64,000 bases of DNA from the NCBI GenBank assembly GCA_964610335.1, contig CAZSVP010000003.1, positions 13,531 to 77,530 of the forward strand, read 5' to 3'. This stretch comes from an uncultured Candidatus Saccharibacteria bacterium (GTDB lineage Bacteria > Patescibacteriota > Saccharimonadia > CAILAD01 > BJGX01). This document shows, one piece after another, positions 7,539 through 17,733 of the stretch. The notes under the pieces are model-generated. The model searched no databases. It was given only the letters and a program-made list of their open reading frames with translations, and had not been told where the DNA came from. The position numbers and the translations under genes are program-made. Numbering within the stretch: the first letter of the stretch is position 1; every line of letters starts with the position of its first letter.

Positions 7539-9497
7539 TTATAGGAGATTAATAGGGTCGAGATTGTGGGTAATGGTGGTTGGCAGAGTTTCACAAAGCT
7601 TAGTAAGCTGACCGCGTCGGGCGGATTTGGCAACAAGCTGCCAATAGTATTTGCGGCCACGAGCAAATGGGTGAGTTGGCACTGGGCCAACCAGGCTCAA
7701 GCCAGATTGATTGCGCCACTTGGCCTTGAGCGCTTCGAGCTCACGTCGGCCACGCTCACGCTCGGCAAAACCACAAGTTAATTGTACCAGATATGTGAAT
7801 GGTGGGTACAGGTACTGTTGGCGTAAGCCAAGCTCATGGCGCGCAAATAGTTCATAATCATGCTCAGCAACAGCTTGTAGTACGGGTTGGTTCGGATTGT
7901 AGGTCTGAATTATTACCTGGCCTTGGGCCTTGCGCCGGCCAGCACGGCCGGCTGCTTGAACCATCATATCAAAGGCTCGTTCGCTGGCTGAAAAGTCGGG
8001 GATTGATAGTGCGCTTTCGGCCGAGATTACACCTACCAGGCTGACTCTATCAAAGTCCAAGCCGCGGCTAATCATCTGCGTACCTACCAATATGTCAGTA
8101 TGCCCAGCATTCATATCACTGAGAATATTGCTAATGTCGCTCAGCTTGTGTATGTCGGCATCGAGCCGAGCTACACTGGCCTTGGGAAACTGTTGGTTTA
8201 GCTCTGCCTCGACGGCCTTGGTGCCAAAGCCCACAAAGCGGATGTCATGACTACCGCAATTACTACAAATAGCTGGGGGCGGCAGTTGCTTACCACAGTA
8301 GTGGCATACTAGCTTACCATGGTCGGCATGATACACCATAGCTACCTCACAGTCAGGACAGGACGATGCTTGGCCACAGCTAGTGCAGACGGCGCTACGA
8401 GCGCTGCCACGACGATTGTGTAGCAGTAGTACTTGATTGTTTGCAGCTATCGTATCGGTAATAGCAGTTTGCAACTCGGGCGACAGTATCTCAACCTTGG
8501 GTGCTTCCACATAGGTGATATTGGGTAGAGCCGTGTCTTGATGGCGGCTTCTAAGTGTCAGCAGCTCTAGCTTGCCTGTCTTGGCCAGTTGGTACTGCAC
8601 TAGGCTGGGCGTAGCACTTCCTAGCACTAGGTTGGCTTGATGGAGGTTGCCTAGCTGGGCGGCAACATCGACAGTTTGGTAGCGTATACCAGAATCTTGC
8701 TTGTAGCTAGGCTCGTGTGCTTCGTCTATCACTATAAGACCAAGCTTGGCAATTGGGGCAAAAAGTGCTGAGCGAGTGCCCACCACAATTGTAGGTGTAG
8801 TGATGGAGCCTTCCAGGATGGCTTGCCAGCGAGCCAAGCGAGTGGCGACTGACAGCCCAGAGTGCAGTATCACGGCTTGGGGGAAGTAGCGCTGGATGGA
8901 CTTGACCATACTCTCGGCAAGCACAATTTCTGGCACTAATAGTAGTGCCGACTTACCAGACTTAACGGTTCGCTGTAAAAGATGAAGATATATGACAGTC
9001 TTGCCTGAGCCGGTTATACCGTGCAACAGGTATTTATGGGAATTTTTGTCGTTGTGGCTAATGCCGTCAAAAACTGCTTGCTGTTGACTGGTAAGTTTGG
9101 GTAGCTTAGTGGGTTTGACAGCCTCGAGTTTTTGAGCTATACGACGCTTGGTGACTATACCGGTTGGCAACATTGGTTTTAATACTTGCTCGAGCGGCGC
9201 TACATAGAATCGTTGTACCCATTGAGCAAGCTCAACTAGCTTGTGAGGATAAGGGGTATCTAGCACCAATCTAGTGACTGGTTTGATCTTATACTTGCTA
9301 GGTCCTTTCTTGAGCTGGCAAACGGATTGGACTAGGCCGAGGCAACTGCGTTTGCCAAATGGTGCAGTTACTATCGAACCAGGTTGAATTGCTGTTGTAA
9401 GATCGGCAGGCACGGCGTAGCTGTAGGTTTGCCAATCTGAGCCGTGATAGCCACTTACCAATACTTCGGCCTGTATCTGTTCGGAGTTTGTACTCAT
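7539..9497 (-). CDS. priA: Primosomal protein N'
   Basis: LLHGITGSGKT, DEAHEPSYKQ, four CxxC zinc motifs, QAAGRAGR. Confidence 0.97.
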   Translation of the reverse strand: MSTNSEQIQAEVLVSGYHGSDWQTYSYAVPADLTTAIQPGSIVTAPFGKRSCLGLVQSVCQLKKGPSKYKIKPVTRLVLDTPYPHKLVELAQWVQRFYVAPLEQVLKPMLPTGIVTKRRIAQKLEAVKPTKLPKLTSQQQAVFDGISHNDKNSHKYLLHGITGSGKTVIYLHLLQRTVKSGKSALLLVPEIVLAESMVKSIQRYFPQAVILHSGLSVATRLARWQAILEGSITTPTIVVGTRSALFAPIAKLGLIVIDEAHEPSYKQDSGIRYQTVDVAAQLGNLHQANLVLGSATPSLVQYQLAKTGKLELLTLRSRHQDTALPNITYVEAPKVEILSPELQTAITDTIAANNQVLLLHNRRGSARSAVCTSCGQASSCPDCEVAMVYHADHGKLVCHYCGKQLPPPAICSNCGSHDIRFVGFGTKAVEAELNQQFPKASVARLDADIHKLSDISNILSDMNAGHTDILVGTQMISRGLDFDRVSLVGVISAESALSIPDFSASERAFDMMVQAAGRAGRRKAQGQVIIQTYNPNQPVLQAVAEHDYELFARHELGLRQQYLYPPFTYLVQLTCGFAERERGRRELEALKAKWRNQSGLSLVGPVPTHPFARGRKYYWQLVAKSARRGQLTKLCETLPTTITHNLDPINLL

Positions 9498-9594
9498 GGC
9501 TATATCATACCATCTTGTTTTCCATATCCCAGGCTATATTTGAACTGTGAGTCAAGGCTTGTTTTTATCTGATAAATCGGCTACTATCAGATAG

Positions 9595-10932
9595 ATGAAA
9601 AAACGAACTATCCAGTTGGTATTGATTGGTGTGGTGATAGTGGTCGCCGCAGCCATTGCTTTGCCACGCGAGGACAAGATACTAAGTGCATTGGGTGTCA
9701 AAAACACTACGCTCAAAGTCCGACAAGGGCTTGATTTGCAGGGTGGAGCCGCCTTGCTCTATCAAGCAGATCTAAGCAAAACGGCCGCTCAAGATCGCGC
9801 TAAGGCTCTTGAGGGTGTCTCCAATGTTATGACCAAGCGTGTTAACCCAACTGGAACGAGTGAAGTGGTAGTACAGACCAGTGGTGGCGATCGTGTCAGT
9901 GTACAATTGCCAGGCGTCAAAGATATCTCTCAGGCCATTGGATTTATAGGTAAGACCGCCGAGCTGCATTTTTATGGTGTCGATGCGAACAATGTGCCCA
10001 CAGAAACAGAAATATCTGGTAAGGACCTCGAAAGTGCCACGGCCGACATCGACACCCAAACTGGCCAGCCGATAATTAGCTTTACTATGAAGCAAGAGTC
10101 GGTACAAAAGTTTGCCGATCTTACCACGCAACTCAACAAAACTGGTGGTCGATTACTAATCTTGCTCGATGAAGAACCACTCTTCAATGGCACAGTAAGC
10201 TCGGCGATTACAGATGGACGTGGTCAGATGCAGGGCTTCAAGGATATCAAAGACGCCCAAGACACGGCAGTACTTCTCAACGCTGGCGCGTTGCCAGTGC
10301 CGGTTCAGCTAGTAGAACAACGGACGGTTGGCGCAACTCTCGGTAGTGAAGTAATCACTAAGAGTATTGTGGCTGGCTTCATTGGCATCATTGCTCTGAT
10401 CTTCTTTATGATCGCCTACTACCGACTGGCAGGCGTGGTGGCCGCTATAGCACTGGGTATATATACACTTATCAACCTAGCGATCTTCAAGGTTAGCGGA
10501 GTTACACCTTTTCCAATTGTACTGACACTGGCGGGTATAGCTGGGTTCATACTCAGTATCGGTATGGCGGTGGATGCCAATATTTTGATATTTGAACGAA
10601 TGAAAGAAGAAGTGCGTGAAGGTAGTGATATGCGCAGTGCACTTGATAGTGGATTTAAGCGTGCCTGGAGTAGTATTCGCGATTCCAACATAGCTACCCT
10701 TATCATCTGTTTTATCCTCTATAACTTCAGCTTTGGTGCCTCGATTGTCAAAGGCTTTGCCGTTACGCTAGCGATTGGTGTGTTGGTAAGTATGTTTACA
10801 GCCATTACGGTCTCGCGTAACCTACTTGAGATAATACTCAAAACCGAGTGGGGAACTGATGATCCTTGGTATGGATTCTTGTCCAAACCAAAAACCAAGA
10901 CCAAGTCGCTCAAGAAGGGTGCTAAGTCATGA
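9595..10932 (+). CDS. secD: Protein translocase subunit SecD
   Basis: GLDLQGG, LNAGALPVP, LTLAGIAGFILSIGMAVDANILIFER. Confidence 0.97.
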   Translation: MKKRTIQLVLIGVVIVVAAAIALPREDKILSALGVKNTTLKVRQGLDLQGGAALLYQADLSKTAAQDRAKALEGVSNVMTKRVNPTGTSEVVVQTSGGDRVSVQLPGVKDISQAIGFIGKTAELHFYGVDANNVPTETEISGKDLESATADIDTQTGQPIISFTMKQESVQKFADLTTQLNKTGGRLLILLDEEPLFNGTVSSAITDGRGQMQGFKDIKDAQDTAVLLNAGALPVPVQLVEQRTVGATLGSEVITKSIVAGFIGIIALIFFMIAYYRLAGVVAAIALGIYTLINLAIFKVSGVTPFPIVLTLAGIAGFILSIGMAVDANILIFERMKEEVREGSDMRSALDSGFKRAWSSIRDSNIATLIICFILYNFSFGASIVKGFAVTLAIGVLVSMFTAITVSRNLLEIILKTEWGTDDPWYGFLSKPKTKTKSLKKGAKS

Positions 10933-11894
10933 AAACATCTCTTAACATCGTTGGTCGACGCAAACTATGGTATCTGATATCGTTGGCAATCATAGTTCCT
11001 GGCACGATCGCCTTGATATTGTGGGGTCTAAAGCCAGGGATTGAGTTTACTGGTGGATCTGAGATTGAGGTTACTGGTGCTACCAACCAATCACAACTGC
11101 AGGCCACGCTCGAAACAGCCGGTGGTCGTGATATAACTATCACTACCAGCGGCGACAGTAACCTGTTGGCACGATATAGTGTTGAGTCAGGCGCAGATGC
11201 TGAGCAGGTACATCAACAGATCAAGGCGCAAATTACGGCGGCCGGCATGACAGAAACCAGTTATAACCAAGTGGGGCCGTCGGTGAGTCGCGATATTACG
11301 CGCAATGCTGGGCTGAGTGTGCTTTTGGCTTCATTGGCCATCATAGCTTACATAGCTTTTGCGTTTCGTAAGACCCCGCCACCTTTGAAATCCTGGAATT
11401 TTGGGGTTGCTGCCATAATCGCTGTTTTGCACGATGCCTTGCTGGTGATTGGTTTATTTGCGATTCTTGGACACTTCTTCGGTGTGCAGGTAGATAGCTT
11501 ATTTGTAACGGCCGTGCTGACCATCATAGGCTTCTCAGTACACGACACGATAGTAGTTTTTGATCGTATCCGTGAGAATCTGCGACGCTACAATGGTAGC
11601 TTTGAGGAGATTGTGGATCGTAGTATTACAGAGACTATGGCACGCTCCATCAATACCTCACTCACTGTGTTGATAGTGTTACTAGCTTTCTTCTTGTTTG
11701 GAGGAGGCAGTATTCACAATTTCATCCTGGCGCTGCTGATAGGTATACTTTCAGGCACATACTCATCGATCTTCAATGCAGCGCCACTACTAGTTAGCTA
11801 CAACAAACATAAGATTAAGAAGGCCGCCAAGGCCAAAGATAAGCCAGATAAGAAAAGTACAAAGAAAGATAAGAAGACAAAATCTAAGAAATAA
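10929..11894 (+). CDS. secF: Protein translocase subunit SecF
   Basis: GIEFTGG, LTIIGFSVHDTIVVFDRIRE, GTYSSIFNA. Confidence 0.97.
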   Translation: MKTSLNIVGRRKLWYLISLAIIVPGTIALILWGLKPGIEFTGGSEIEVTGATNQSQLQATLETAGGRDITITTSGDSNLLARYSVESGADAEQVHQQIKAQITAAGMTETSYNQVGPSVSRDITRNAGLSVLLASLAIIAYIAFAFRKTPPPLKSWNFGVAAIIAVLHDALLVIGLFAILGHFFGVQVDSLFVTAVLTIIGFSVHDTIVVFDRIRENLRRYNGSFEEIVDRSITETMARSINTSLTVLIVLLAFFLFGGGSIHNFILALLIGILSGTYSSIFNAAPLLVSYNKHKIKKAAKAKDKPDKKSTKKDKKTKSKK

Positions 11895-11921
11895 TTTCTT
11901 ACCTCTAATCCCATAGTTTAA

Positions 11922-12198
11922 AGGATTTCGCCCTTACGTCCAGTCCAATTTTGCTCAGTCAAAAGCGGTGCAACCTGCCGGCAGGCAGGAACCGTTCTGC
12001 TCGGACTTCCTAGTTAGACGTTATCAAATCAGCAAGTGAAAGCTCCTAAACGCTTTTGTCTGAGCACTGGTTTATCCAGGGGCGGAAGACAGAAAGAGAA
12101 GGAGCTTGAAACGCTGCTTGATTTTATATAGTCGACAAAGACTTTTGGCTACTTTTGGTATATTCAAAAGTAGCTTGGTCCTTTAGGAGCGAAATCCT
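11922..12198. repeat. Palindromic intergenic element, copy A (MITE/REP-like)
   Basis: Terminal inverted repeat AGGATTTCGC/GCGAAATCCT. First ~105 nt align with 60810-60903. Several internal hairpins. Confidence 0.75.
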
Positions 12199-12203
12199 AG
12201 CTA

Positions 12204-12878
12204 TTAGACTACCCTAAACCAAAACACTGCCAAGTAGGCAGCTACTAGTAGCAGTATGGCTGCCACTATCATAATAAGAGAGCGTGATACTACAAATGAG
12301 CTCGGTGAGTCGTCGATATTTTCTTTCCAATCTTCATGTGACTCAGAGTTATCGGCTGCAGGGTGATCTGTGCTATGTACTTTGTTCGCAACAACAGCTG
12401 CTGTAGTGGCTGTTGCGGTTGCTGCTTCATCTGGTACAAAGGTTTCATCGTATTTGCGGCTGATGTCAGTTACCTGGTGTGGGGCAGCGGTTGCAGCGGT
12501 GGTAGATGCCAGGGCGGTATCTGCTATATGGTTGTCATGAGAGTAGTCTGACACGTGGGGTGGAGGTAGCTCAGGCACCATTAAGCGTTTCATATGTCGC
12601 TTTAGCGAATATTTGGTAGGTTTTGCGGCTTTAGCCTCGGTAGTGACTGGCTTAGTGTGAGTTGGCTTTTTGGGCTTCGATACTTTGACTGGTTTAGGGC
12701 TAGTTGGCTTCACCATATCATGTACGGTCAAAGTTGGCTGTGTTGGCGTGTGTACGGCCACAGCAGATCCTGTGCTGGACATTTTCTCAAATTGGTGCAG
12801 CGCACCACAACCTGGGCAAAGCATGCCTACGGCGGAGCTCACTAATTCGGTATTACAATCTGGACAGTTTTGCTGCAT
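12204..12878 (-). CDS. Hypothetical protein: N-terminal C4 zinc ribbon, disordered linker, C-terminal TM anchor
   Basis: CPDC...CPGC; P/K/T/A-rich middle; terminal hydrophobic helix. Confidence 0.75.
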   Translation of the reverse strand: MQQNCPDCNTELVSSAVGMLCPGCGALHQFEKMSSTGSAVAVHTPTQPTLTVHDMVKPTSPKPVKVSKPKKPTHTKPVTTEAKAAKPTKYSLKRHMKRLMVPELPPPHVSDYSHDNHIADTALASTTAATAAPHQVTDISRKYDETFVPDEAATATATTAAVVANKVHSTDHPAADNSESHEDWKENIDDSPSSFVVSRSLIMIVAAILLLVAAYLAVFWFRVV

Positions 12879-13033
12879 ATTTGTTTTCTATACTAGTCTA
12901 AGTTATGTATATATTGTAATCTACTTATGTTATAACTGCAAACCCCTTGTGCTTGGGTAAAGTGTGCGATATACTACAAAGTAATCAGGTGTGATACAAT
13001 ACAAACAAGCAAGACAAAGTTGAGAAAAATACA

Positions 13034-13315
13034 ATGTTACAACATTTTATAACATCCAAAACGCGACGCAAGATAATTATATTATTCTCGAAGTATCCAG
13101 ATTATAAGGTACACATTCGTGGGCTCGCCAAAATTACCAAAGAAGATCCTGGCAATGTTAGCCGGGAGCTTGCTCGTTTAGAGAAGATTGGTTATGTGCG
13201 TTCGGCTCGTGACGCCAATACCAAGGTTTATTGGGCCAACAAAAACTTCTTACTTTTTAAGGAGCTACAGAGCATGGTGCTCAAGACATCTAGCAAGCGC
13301 GGCAAGACAGTCTAG
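13034..13315 (+). CDS. Winged-helix (ArsR-like) DNA-binding protein
   Basis: SKTRRKII..HIRGLAKIT..GNVSRELARLEKIGYV..KVYWAN. Confidence 0.8.
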   Translation: MLQHFITSKTRRKIIILFSKYPDYKVHIRGLAKITKEDPGNVSRELARLEKIGYVRSARDANTKVYWANKNFLLFKELQSMVLKTSSKRGKTV

Positions 13316-13411
13316 TTTCTGGTAGATCTTACTATCCCGGCTTGCCGGGGTCGTGGGATTTGCCAAAAACCAAAAGAGAGTTGGCAAAACAAATACCAAA
13401 AAGGAGAGGGT

Positions 13412-13582
13412 ATGCAAATCAAAACAAAGCTACGCAATTATGTAGTACGTACGCGTCGTCAGATGATACGGGAGAAGTATCAGCACGAGAGTGGTATGCC
13501 GGTGTTGCCCAAGGTGGCTAGCCAGCAGTTTACCAGCAGGCTCGATGCCGACTATGGCTTAGTCCGCAAAAGCTTGTATTAA
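13412..13582 (+). CDS. Small basic hypothetical protein (56 aa, absent from the ORF track)
   Basis: SD AAGGAGAGG, then MQIKTKLRNYVVRTRRQMIREKYQHESGMPVLPKVASQQFTSRLDADYGLVRKSLY*. Confidence 0.6.
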   Translation: MQIKTKLRNYVVRTRRQMIREKYQHESGMPVLPKVASQQFTSRLDADYGLVRKSLY

Positions 13583-13670
13583 TTAGGTCTATAACGAATT
13601 AAGCGACCCAGCATCTGCTGGATCACTTAAGGAGTACTGGTCATCGTTGCCAACACTCCGCCTCTTTGGC

Positions 13671-13946
13671 CTACACATAGAGACTCAGTGGCATGATGAT
13701 CGCCACCACTGAGTCGTCGGCCACTGATGTGCTGAGCCCCTGCAACAGCCTAATGTCGCGACCATCAACACGGATGTTGATGACCTGATGCAACACGCCG
13801 CAAGTTTCCAATCGCCCTCGAAGCTTGGGATGCATCACGTAGAGCAGCTGAATGATCTCCGTGATGGTGGCTGCTTTTGTCTCAAGCTTCTTGCAGCCGC
13901 TGGTGTAGCTTTGCAGTGGCCGAGGGATTTTGACCGTTACCGCCAT
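13671..13946 (-). CDS. MoaD/ThiS/CysO-like ubiquitin-fold protein lacking the C-terminal GG
   Basis: VTVKIPRPLQSYT..HPKLRGRL..INIRVDGRDIRLLQGLSTSVADDSVVAII; ends MPLSLYV. SD GGAGG. Confidence 0.85.
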   Translation of the reverse strand: MAVTVKIPRPLQSYTSGCKKLETKAATITEIIQLLYVMHPKLRGRLETCGVLHQVINIRVDGRDIRLLQGLSTSVADDSVVAIIMPLSLYV

Positions 13947-13951
13947 GTTAT

Positions 13952-14212
13952 TTACCTCCTAAGCTCGATATTGATGTCGGCGTACTGGTCCACCACTGTG
14001 AGTAGACCGTCGTGGGCTGTTACGTCTCGCTCGTTGACGAAGATGACCAGTGAGGGGTTGATGTGATCATCTGCATCGAACAACCACTGAGTGAGCTGTG
14101 GGAACTGGCTGCAGAGACTGTGAAGATTCTCGCCCAGGGTGTAGCCCGAGGTGGCGATGATACCAATACCTATCTCTTGTTTGATCTCATCAGGAACCTT
14201 GATGGTTGGCAT
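13952..14212 (-). CDS. Second MoaD/ThiS-like ubiquitin-fold protein lacking GG
   Basis: TLGENLHSLCSQFPQL..LFD..IFVNERDVTAHDGLLTVV; ends IELRR. Confidence 0.78.
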   Translation of the reverse strand: MPTIKVPDEIKQEIGIGIIATSGYTLGENLHSLCSQFPQLTQWLFDADDHINPSLVIFVNERDVTAHDGLLTVVDQYADINIELRR

Positions 14213-14329
14213 GATCGCTCATTCTCTCTCGAGGGATTGGACGAAGAGAATATATCACCTAATGGTATAAAACTCAATAAGAAAGCCCCAGTGGTTGTAT
14301 CGGCTTGTATATCCAGCCATACTAGGAGT

Positions 14330-16012
14330 ATGAATCGATTTGAGTGGCTACTGCCTACCAACACAGCAAGTGGTGATATTGTTGAGACAATCTTGAGTGG
14401 TCGTGGTATTTCTGCTTCTGATCAAAAAATACTATTGAATCCAAACTATCCTGGTTTGCTTGACGATCCGTTTGTATATAAGAGTATGGATAATGCTGTC
14501 AAGCGAGTTGCAGAAGCTATTAAGAAAAAGCAAACAGTCGCCGTCTATGGTGACTACGATATCGACGGGCTGTGCGCTACCACACTACTGCACGAGGTGT
14601 TGAGCAAAACTGAAGCCGAGGTAATTGCCTACATCCCAGATAGGTTTGAGGAAGGATATGGCATCAATACTGGTGCGCTCGATAGCCTGAAAGGTGATGG
14701 TGTAGATCTGGTAATTTCTGTTGACTGTGGCGGGCGCTCACACGCCGAGGCTACTCATGCCAAGCAGATAGGATTGGACCTAATAGTGACTGATCATCAT
14801 GAGATGGATGCCGAGGCTCCACGGGATGCGATAGCGGTAGTCAACCCCAAGCGTGCTGACAACGAGGCATGCTTTACTGAGGTTGCTGGCGTAACTGTTG
14901 CTTTTCAGCTGGTGCGAGCATTGCTCGCTAAGAAGGTGATTGAGTTTAAATCAGGACAAGAAAAATGGCTGCTTGACCTGGTAGCCTTGGCAACGGTGTG
15001 TGATGTGGTGCCGCTGATTGGCACCAATCGAGAGCTGGTACACTATGGTCTGATGGTACTGCGCAAATCACCGCGTCCAGGCATACGGGCACTTTGTCAG
15101 GCTTCCAATGTGGTGCAAGCCGAGATTACCGAAGAAGATTTGGGCTTTCGGCTCGGACCGAGGCTCAATGCCGCCGGTCGCATGGAGCATGCCAAGCGAG
15201 CGCTAGATTTACTTATGTCCACTAGCGATGCCGAAGCAGCGACTCAGGCTAAGTATCTCAACGACCTAAACATTCAGCGCCAAGCTGACACTCGTGATAT
15301 CTATGATGCGGCCAACTCGCTGGCCAAGGTCGATGACAATCCTATCCTGGTGCTAAGTCACCCTGATTGGTCACATGGCGTAGTAGGGATAGTGGCTAGC
15401 CGCATTGTCGAGCGGCACCACAAACCAACCATATTGTTCCAAGAACTCGAGGATGGTAGTGCCAAGGGATCGGCTCGTAGTGTGGATGGCGTCAGCATCA
15501 TCGATGCTATTGCAAACTGTCAGCAATTATTGACAAAGTATGGTGGGCACCAGTTTGCGGCAGGCGTAACGGTGCCAATCGACAAGATCGCTGAGTTTCG
15601 AGCTCAGATCAATGATTATGCCAAGCAAAACATCTTAGTTAAGCCAAAACAACTCATTATAGATGCCCAGCTAGATCTAGCAATGCTCAATCTGGAATTG
15701 TTGGCAGCTATCCAGCGGCTACGACCATTTGGACGGGAGAATACCGAGCCAGTGCTGGTAAGTGGTGCAATACTCGCCGATGTACGCTGGGTGGGTGCCG
15801 AGAAGAAACACGCTCAAGTATTTCTGAGTAGCGAGGATGGTGTGAGTATGCGCGGTATTAGCTTTGGTGCCGCCAGCTGGCTAAAAGCTGATGATGCGAT
15901 AGGTCAGCCAGTACAAGTAGCTTACAAGCTACGCAACAACAACTTTCAGGGCGTCGATGAGTTGCAGCTAGAGGTGCTCGATATCCATCCAGCTCAAACT
16001 GACTCAATATAG
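14330..16012 (+). CDS. recJ: Single-stranded-DNA exonuclease RecJ
   Basis: YGDYDIDG, SVDCG, TDHH, GPRLNAAGR, GSARS, GGHQFAAG. Confidence 0.97.
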   Translation: MNRFEWLLPTNTASGDIVETILSGRGISASDQKILLNPNYPGLLDDPFVYKSMDNAVKRVAEAIKKKQTVAVYGDYDIDGLCATTLLHEVLSKTEAEVIAYIPDRFEEGYGINTGALDSLKGDGVDLVISVDCGGRSHAEATHAKQIGLDLIVTDHHEMDAEAPRDAIAVVNPKRADNEACFTEVAGVTVAFQLVRALLAKKVIEFKSGQEKWLLDLVALATVCDVVPLIGTNRELVHYGLMVLRKSPRPGIRALCQASNVVQAEITEEDLGFRLGPRLNAAGRMEHAKRALDLLMSTSDAEAATQAKYLNDLNIQRQADTRDIYDAANSLAKVDDNPILVLSHPDWSHGVVGIVASRIVERHHKPTILFQELEDGSAKGSARSVDGVSIIDAIANCQQLLTKYGGHQFAAGVTVPIDKIAEFRAQINDYAKQNILVKPKQLIIDAQLDLAMLNLELLAAIQRLRPFGRENTEPVLVSGAILADVRWVGAEKKHAQVFLSSEDGVSMRGISFGAASWLKADDAIGQPVQVAYKLRNNNFQGVDELQLEVLDIHPAQTDSI

Positions 16013-16508
16013 TTGATCGCTTTGCCTAGGTTGGCACCATGATCCTCAATAGTATCTATGGTCAACCGGGGTTCGGCCCAGGCCAAGTATTCGCGGCGCC
16101 TCTTCTCAACATCTTCCCAAGTAACTTCCGGAATACCTTGGATATTTCGCACTCGAGCTTCGATTCTCTGCTGATGCAGCTCAACATCTGAATTAACGCA
16201 TTCGATAATGATCAAGCGAGCGTTGTGATCAGCAGAAAGTTTTTGCCACATCTGCCTCGCTTCAACAACTGGGCTAACCGCATCAATAATTACCGAAATG
16301 CCTAGTTTGAGCTGCTCGTGGGCCAAAGCGGCTGCTACCTGTATGCAGCCAGGCCAGTTTCGAAGCTTTGCTTAAAACCACTACCTATGACAGCCGATTC
16401 TATAGGGTCGACTGAGAAAACGGGAATATTTAGTTTTTTGGCAACCGCTTCGGAGAGGGTACTTTTGCCACTGCCAGGTAGGCCTGCTATTACTATCAGT
16501 TTTGGCAT
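15994..16508 (-). pseudogene. P-loop (AAA_33-like) kinase split by a 1-nt frameshift
   Basis: MPKLIVIAGLPGSGKST...GLAAYR* (stop at 16335-16337) continues in another frame as VAAALAHEQLKLGISVIIDAV. Confidence 0.8.
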
Positions 16509-16511
16509 TTG

Positions 16512-17654
16512 TTACTTCTCCTGGTAGTTCTTACCACCATCGGTGATGTATAGATCATGGGGGTGAGATTCTGCCAGTGAGGCTTGAGTTACTTGGTAAA
16601 ACTGGGCATGCTTGTGAAGATCAGTAATAGTTTTGCATCCCACGTAGTACATACCAGATATAAGGCCGCCAATCAGCTGAGCTGAACGCTCGGCAACTGA
16701 GCCATTGACCGGCACCAGCCCCTCTACACCCTCTGCTATCAGTACATCATCGCGGTAGCTTTTGCCATGAAACTCGTCTTCGGAGCTTATTTTAAGCCCT
16801 TTGCGCATAGCACCGGTCGAGCCCATCCCTCGGTAAGTCTTGAACTTGTACGACTTAGATCCATCGATAATGTCATAGAACCGGCCAGGTACCTTTGACT
16901 CAGGTAGTTCCACTATCTCGCCAGGAGCTTCGCTACATGCTGCCAAGATCCGGCCTAGCATCACACTATGAGCGCCTGCAGCCAAGGCTTTGGTAATCTC
17001 GCCGCTGTAAGTGATGCCACCATCGGCGATTACTGGTATTTTCTTCTTACGTGCCACGCTTACTGTTTCCATAATGGCCGTAAGCTGCGGCACACCCATC
17101 CCAGATATTATTCGAGTCGAACAGATAGCGCCAGGACCCATACCGATTCGTATACCATCCACCCCAGCTTCGATCATGGCATGGGCACCCTCGGCGGTGG
17201 CCACATTGCCGCCAATTACATCAACCTTGGTGGCACTCTTGATAGTCTTGATGGCACTGATCACAGTGCGAGCATTACCATGGGCTGAGTCAACCAATAG
17301 CACATCCACACCAGCGCTTACTAGACTCGCTACACGCTTCTCATAGCCGGGGCTAGAGCCAACAGCCGCTCCCACCAGCAATTTCTGCTTTTTTACCTTG
17401 GCTACTTCGCGAGCTTGATCGGCAACAGTTAAATTGCGGTGGATAAACCCGATGCCGCCCAATTGTGCCAGGGCAGCTGCCATGACGTGTTCGCAGACAG
17501 TATCCATCGGTGATGCCACAATTGGTATGGCAAGATCAACATTGCGGCTCAGTTTGGTAGCTACTTCTACCTCAGAACGCAAAAAACCCGAGTAACCGGG
17601 TTTTAGAAGAACGTCGTCAAATGTTAGCGCGGTGGGCAGTGATTGCTTTTCCAT
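16512..17654 (-). CDS. guaB: IMP dehydrogenase (no CBS domain)
   Basis: [42 protein letters not shown]. Confidence 0.95.
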   Translation of the reverse strand: MEKQSLPTALTFDDVLLKPGYSGFLRSEVEVATKLSRNVDLAIPIVASPMDTVCEHVMAAALAQLGGIGFIHRNLTVADQAREVAKVKKQKLLVGAAVGSSPGYEKRVASLVSAGVDVLLVDSAHGNARTVISAIKTIKSATKVDVIGGNVATAEGAHAMIEAGVDGIRIGMGPGAICSTRIISGMGVPQLTAIMETVSVARKKKIPVIADGGITYSGEITKALAAGAHSVMLGRILAACSEAPGEIVELPESKVPGRFYDIIDGSKSYKFKTYRGMGSTGAMRKGLKISSEDEFHGKSYRDDVLIAEGVEGLVPVNGSVAERSAQLIGGLISGMYYVGCKTITDLHKHAQFYQVTQASLAESHPHDLYITDGGKNYQEK

Positions 17655-17733
17655 ACACTAGTATTACCGAACCTTGAGCAATTTGTCAAAACTACTGCTG
17701 GTACATCTATTGTCAAACCTGTACAATATAGAC

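Noticed and set aside
14063-14329. N-terminal extension of RecJ in the ORF track
   Set aside because: It overlaps the Ubl gene on the opposite strand; the better-supported start is 14330.
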